Made by a program: the position numbers and the translations under genes | Shown: piece after piece, positions 62,849 through 64,000 of the stretch | Layout of the letters: the number at the start of each line of letters is the position of its first letter | Numbering within the stretch: position 1 is the stretch's first letter | The notes under the pieces: model-generated | What the model was told of the DNA's origin: nothing | The model's database searches: none | The model's input: the letters and a program-made list of their open reading frames with translations, nothing else | Source of the DNA: a virus | Lineage: Duplodnaviria; Caudoviricetes | Direction: 5' to 3' (one strand) | IMG/VR virus record: IMGVR_UViG_3300048854_000065 | Location: 2,100 to 66,099 of that record | Length of the DNA stretch: 64,000 nt

Positions 62849-63391
62849 ATGTCTGATGACCAGAACGTTAGCAATGAACAGGCCGTGGCCGACGAACAGC
62901 AGCAGCTTGACGAGCGTCAGGAAGCTACGGCCACCCACGATGCCCCACAGGAGGCCGAAGGAAGCGTTCCTGCGGACGAGTCGGCTCCTACCGACACTGA
63001 TCCCGTATCGGACGCGCCTGATGCCCCTGTACAGCCGGAGGACGCATCTCCAGAAGTACCGGAGACCGTCAACAAGCTGTACGAAGGTGTTCGCGTCGTC
63101 ACCCTGACCGGTGGAATGAATGTCGTACTGGCGAAGGCCTCTGTGCTTTCCAACCATGACGAGCAGCGCATCTCCGGTGAGTTCCCTACAGCGGCCGAAG
63201 CCCTCGCCGATGCAGAGAACACTGCCCAACTGCAGGTGGCACAGGCCAAGGAAAGCGGAGCCGTCGTCGGCGATGAGCTGAAGGACGATGACGAAGACAG
63301 CAGCGATGTCAGCGACGAAGACGATGAACCTGCAGTCGAAAACGAGCCTGCAGTCGATGCAGATAACTCGGCAGAGACGCACGCAGAGTAG
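62849..63391 (+). CDS. Highly acidic low-complexity protein
   Basis: RBS GCGGAGG; D/E-rich throughout. Confidence 0.65.
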   Translation: MSDDQNVSNEQAVADEQQQLDERQEATATHDAPQEAEGSVPADESAPTDTDPVSDAPDAPVQPEDASPEVPETVNKLYEGVRVVTLTGGMNVVLAKASVLSNHDEQRISGEFPTAAEALADAENTAQLQVAQAKESGAVVGDELKDDDEDSSDVSDEDDEPAVENEPAVDADNSAETHAE

Positions 63392-63437
63392 GTCCGGGTA
63401 ACACAGAGTAAGACAGAGCAAGCATGTCGTTTTTTGC

Positions 63438-63466
63438 TTGCGCTTGTGTAGGCTCTGACCTACATT
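63438..63466 (+). promoter_or_regulatory. Promoter for the replication gene with operator in the spacer
   Basis: TTGCGC-17 bp-TACATT; operator TGTAGGCTCTGACCTACA at 63447-63464. Confidence 0.65.
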
Positions 63467-63522
63467 GAACAAACCTTGCGCCAGCAGGTAGGCCTTCCGG
63501 CGAACCACTGGAAGCCAGAACG

Positions 63523-63560
63523 GCAGGAGAGAGAACCTCACATCTCTCTTCTGCCTGTTT
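63523..63560 (+). terminator. Leader hairpin/attenuator candidate before the replication gene
   Basis: GGCAGGAGAGAG...CTCTCTTCTGCC followed by TGTTT. Confidence 0.45.
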
Positions 63561-63586
63561 CTATCTGTGAAGGAGTTTTTCTCGCC

Positions 63587-64000
63587 TTGAGTATTCTTGA
63601 CGCACTAGATCGACCTATCGCGTTCCATCGCGTGTTTGTGGAGCTGACGGGCAGCGTAACTGCTGCGCTGATGCTGTCGCAAATCGTGTACTGGAGCAAG
63701 CGTACCTCCGATGACACAGGATGGTTTTATAAGACCCGCGAGGAGTGGGCAGAAGAGACCGGTATGCTCCGCCGTGAACAGGAGACTGCACGGAAGCTTC
63801 TGCGCAAGCATGGCTTTCTGGAGGAGAAGAGAGTTGGCGTTCCGGCCAAGCTTCACTACCGGCTGAAGTGGCAAAAGCTGCAAACTAGATTGCACGAAAC
63901 GTACCAACCAGATGGTACGAAAGCGCCCAACTGGATGGGCGGAAACGTACCATCTTTAATTGCAGAGACTACAACAGAGACTACAACAGAGATTAAGGCG
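63587..64000 (+). CDS. Phage replication initiator (lambda O-like wHTH), 5' part, truncated by the window end; missed by the ORF track
   Basis: RBS AAGGAG + TTG; RPIAFHRVFVELTGSVTAALMLSQIVYW...WFYKTREEWAEETG. Confidence 0.85.
   Translation, partial: MSILDALDRPIAFHRVFVELTGSVTAALMLSQIVYWSKRTSDDTGWFYKTREEWAEETGMLRREQETARKLLRKHGFLEEKRVGVPAKLHYRLKWQKLQTRLHETYQPDGTKAPNWMGGNVPSLIAETTTETTTEIKA
63896..63955 (+). repeat. Iteron-like repeats (23-bp period) inside the initiator gene; candidate origin
   Basis: GAAACGTACCA at 63896 and 63942, GAAAGCGCCCA at 63919. Confidence 0.6.

Noticed and set aside
63963-63992. 12-bp tandem repeat ACAGAGACTACA as a non-coding element
   Set aside because: In-frame coding repeat (ETTTETTTE) within the initiator.

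Overview
The window is most of the genome (probably nearly all) of a temperate, short-tailed (podovirus-like) dsDNA phage; an Acidobacteriota host is a guess from gene style. It opens inside an AAA_25 primase/helicase and ends inside a lambda-O-type replication initiator, so it looks like a permuted circle. Order: replication/Nin-like genes (HNH, RusA); a leftward cluster of small early genes (C2H2 zinc fingers, serine recombinase, XRE, RHH, ArdC); a long rightward accessory cluster (acyltransferase-3, Tat lipoprotein, structured RNAs); the virion module (TerL, portal, scaffold, capsid, adaptors, tailspike, nozzle, ejection proteins); an intact attP (3' part of tRNA-Asn with arm sites and an IHF site) beside a tyrosine integrase and excisionase; and a Cas4-like/Sak4/SSB recombination module. 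The most notable items are absent from the ORF track. (1) Three type II hammerhead ribozymes each sit directly behind a stop codon in the leftward early operon. (2) A circularly permuted tRNA-like (YrlA Y-RNA-like) element lies in an ncRNA cluster with no Ro60 gene in view. (3) An 18-bp palindrome TGTAGG-N6-CCTACA recurs about 15 times genome-wide. (4) A Cas4/AddB-like nuclease appears circularly permuted. (5) Tailspike-type genes carry Sec-type signal peptides. All calls are by eye; no database searches or folding programs were run.
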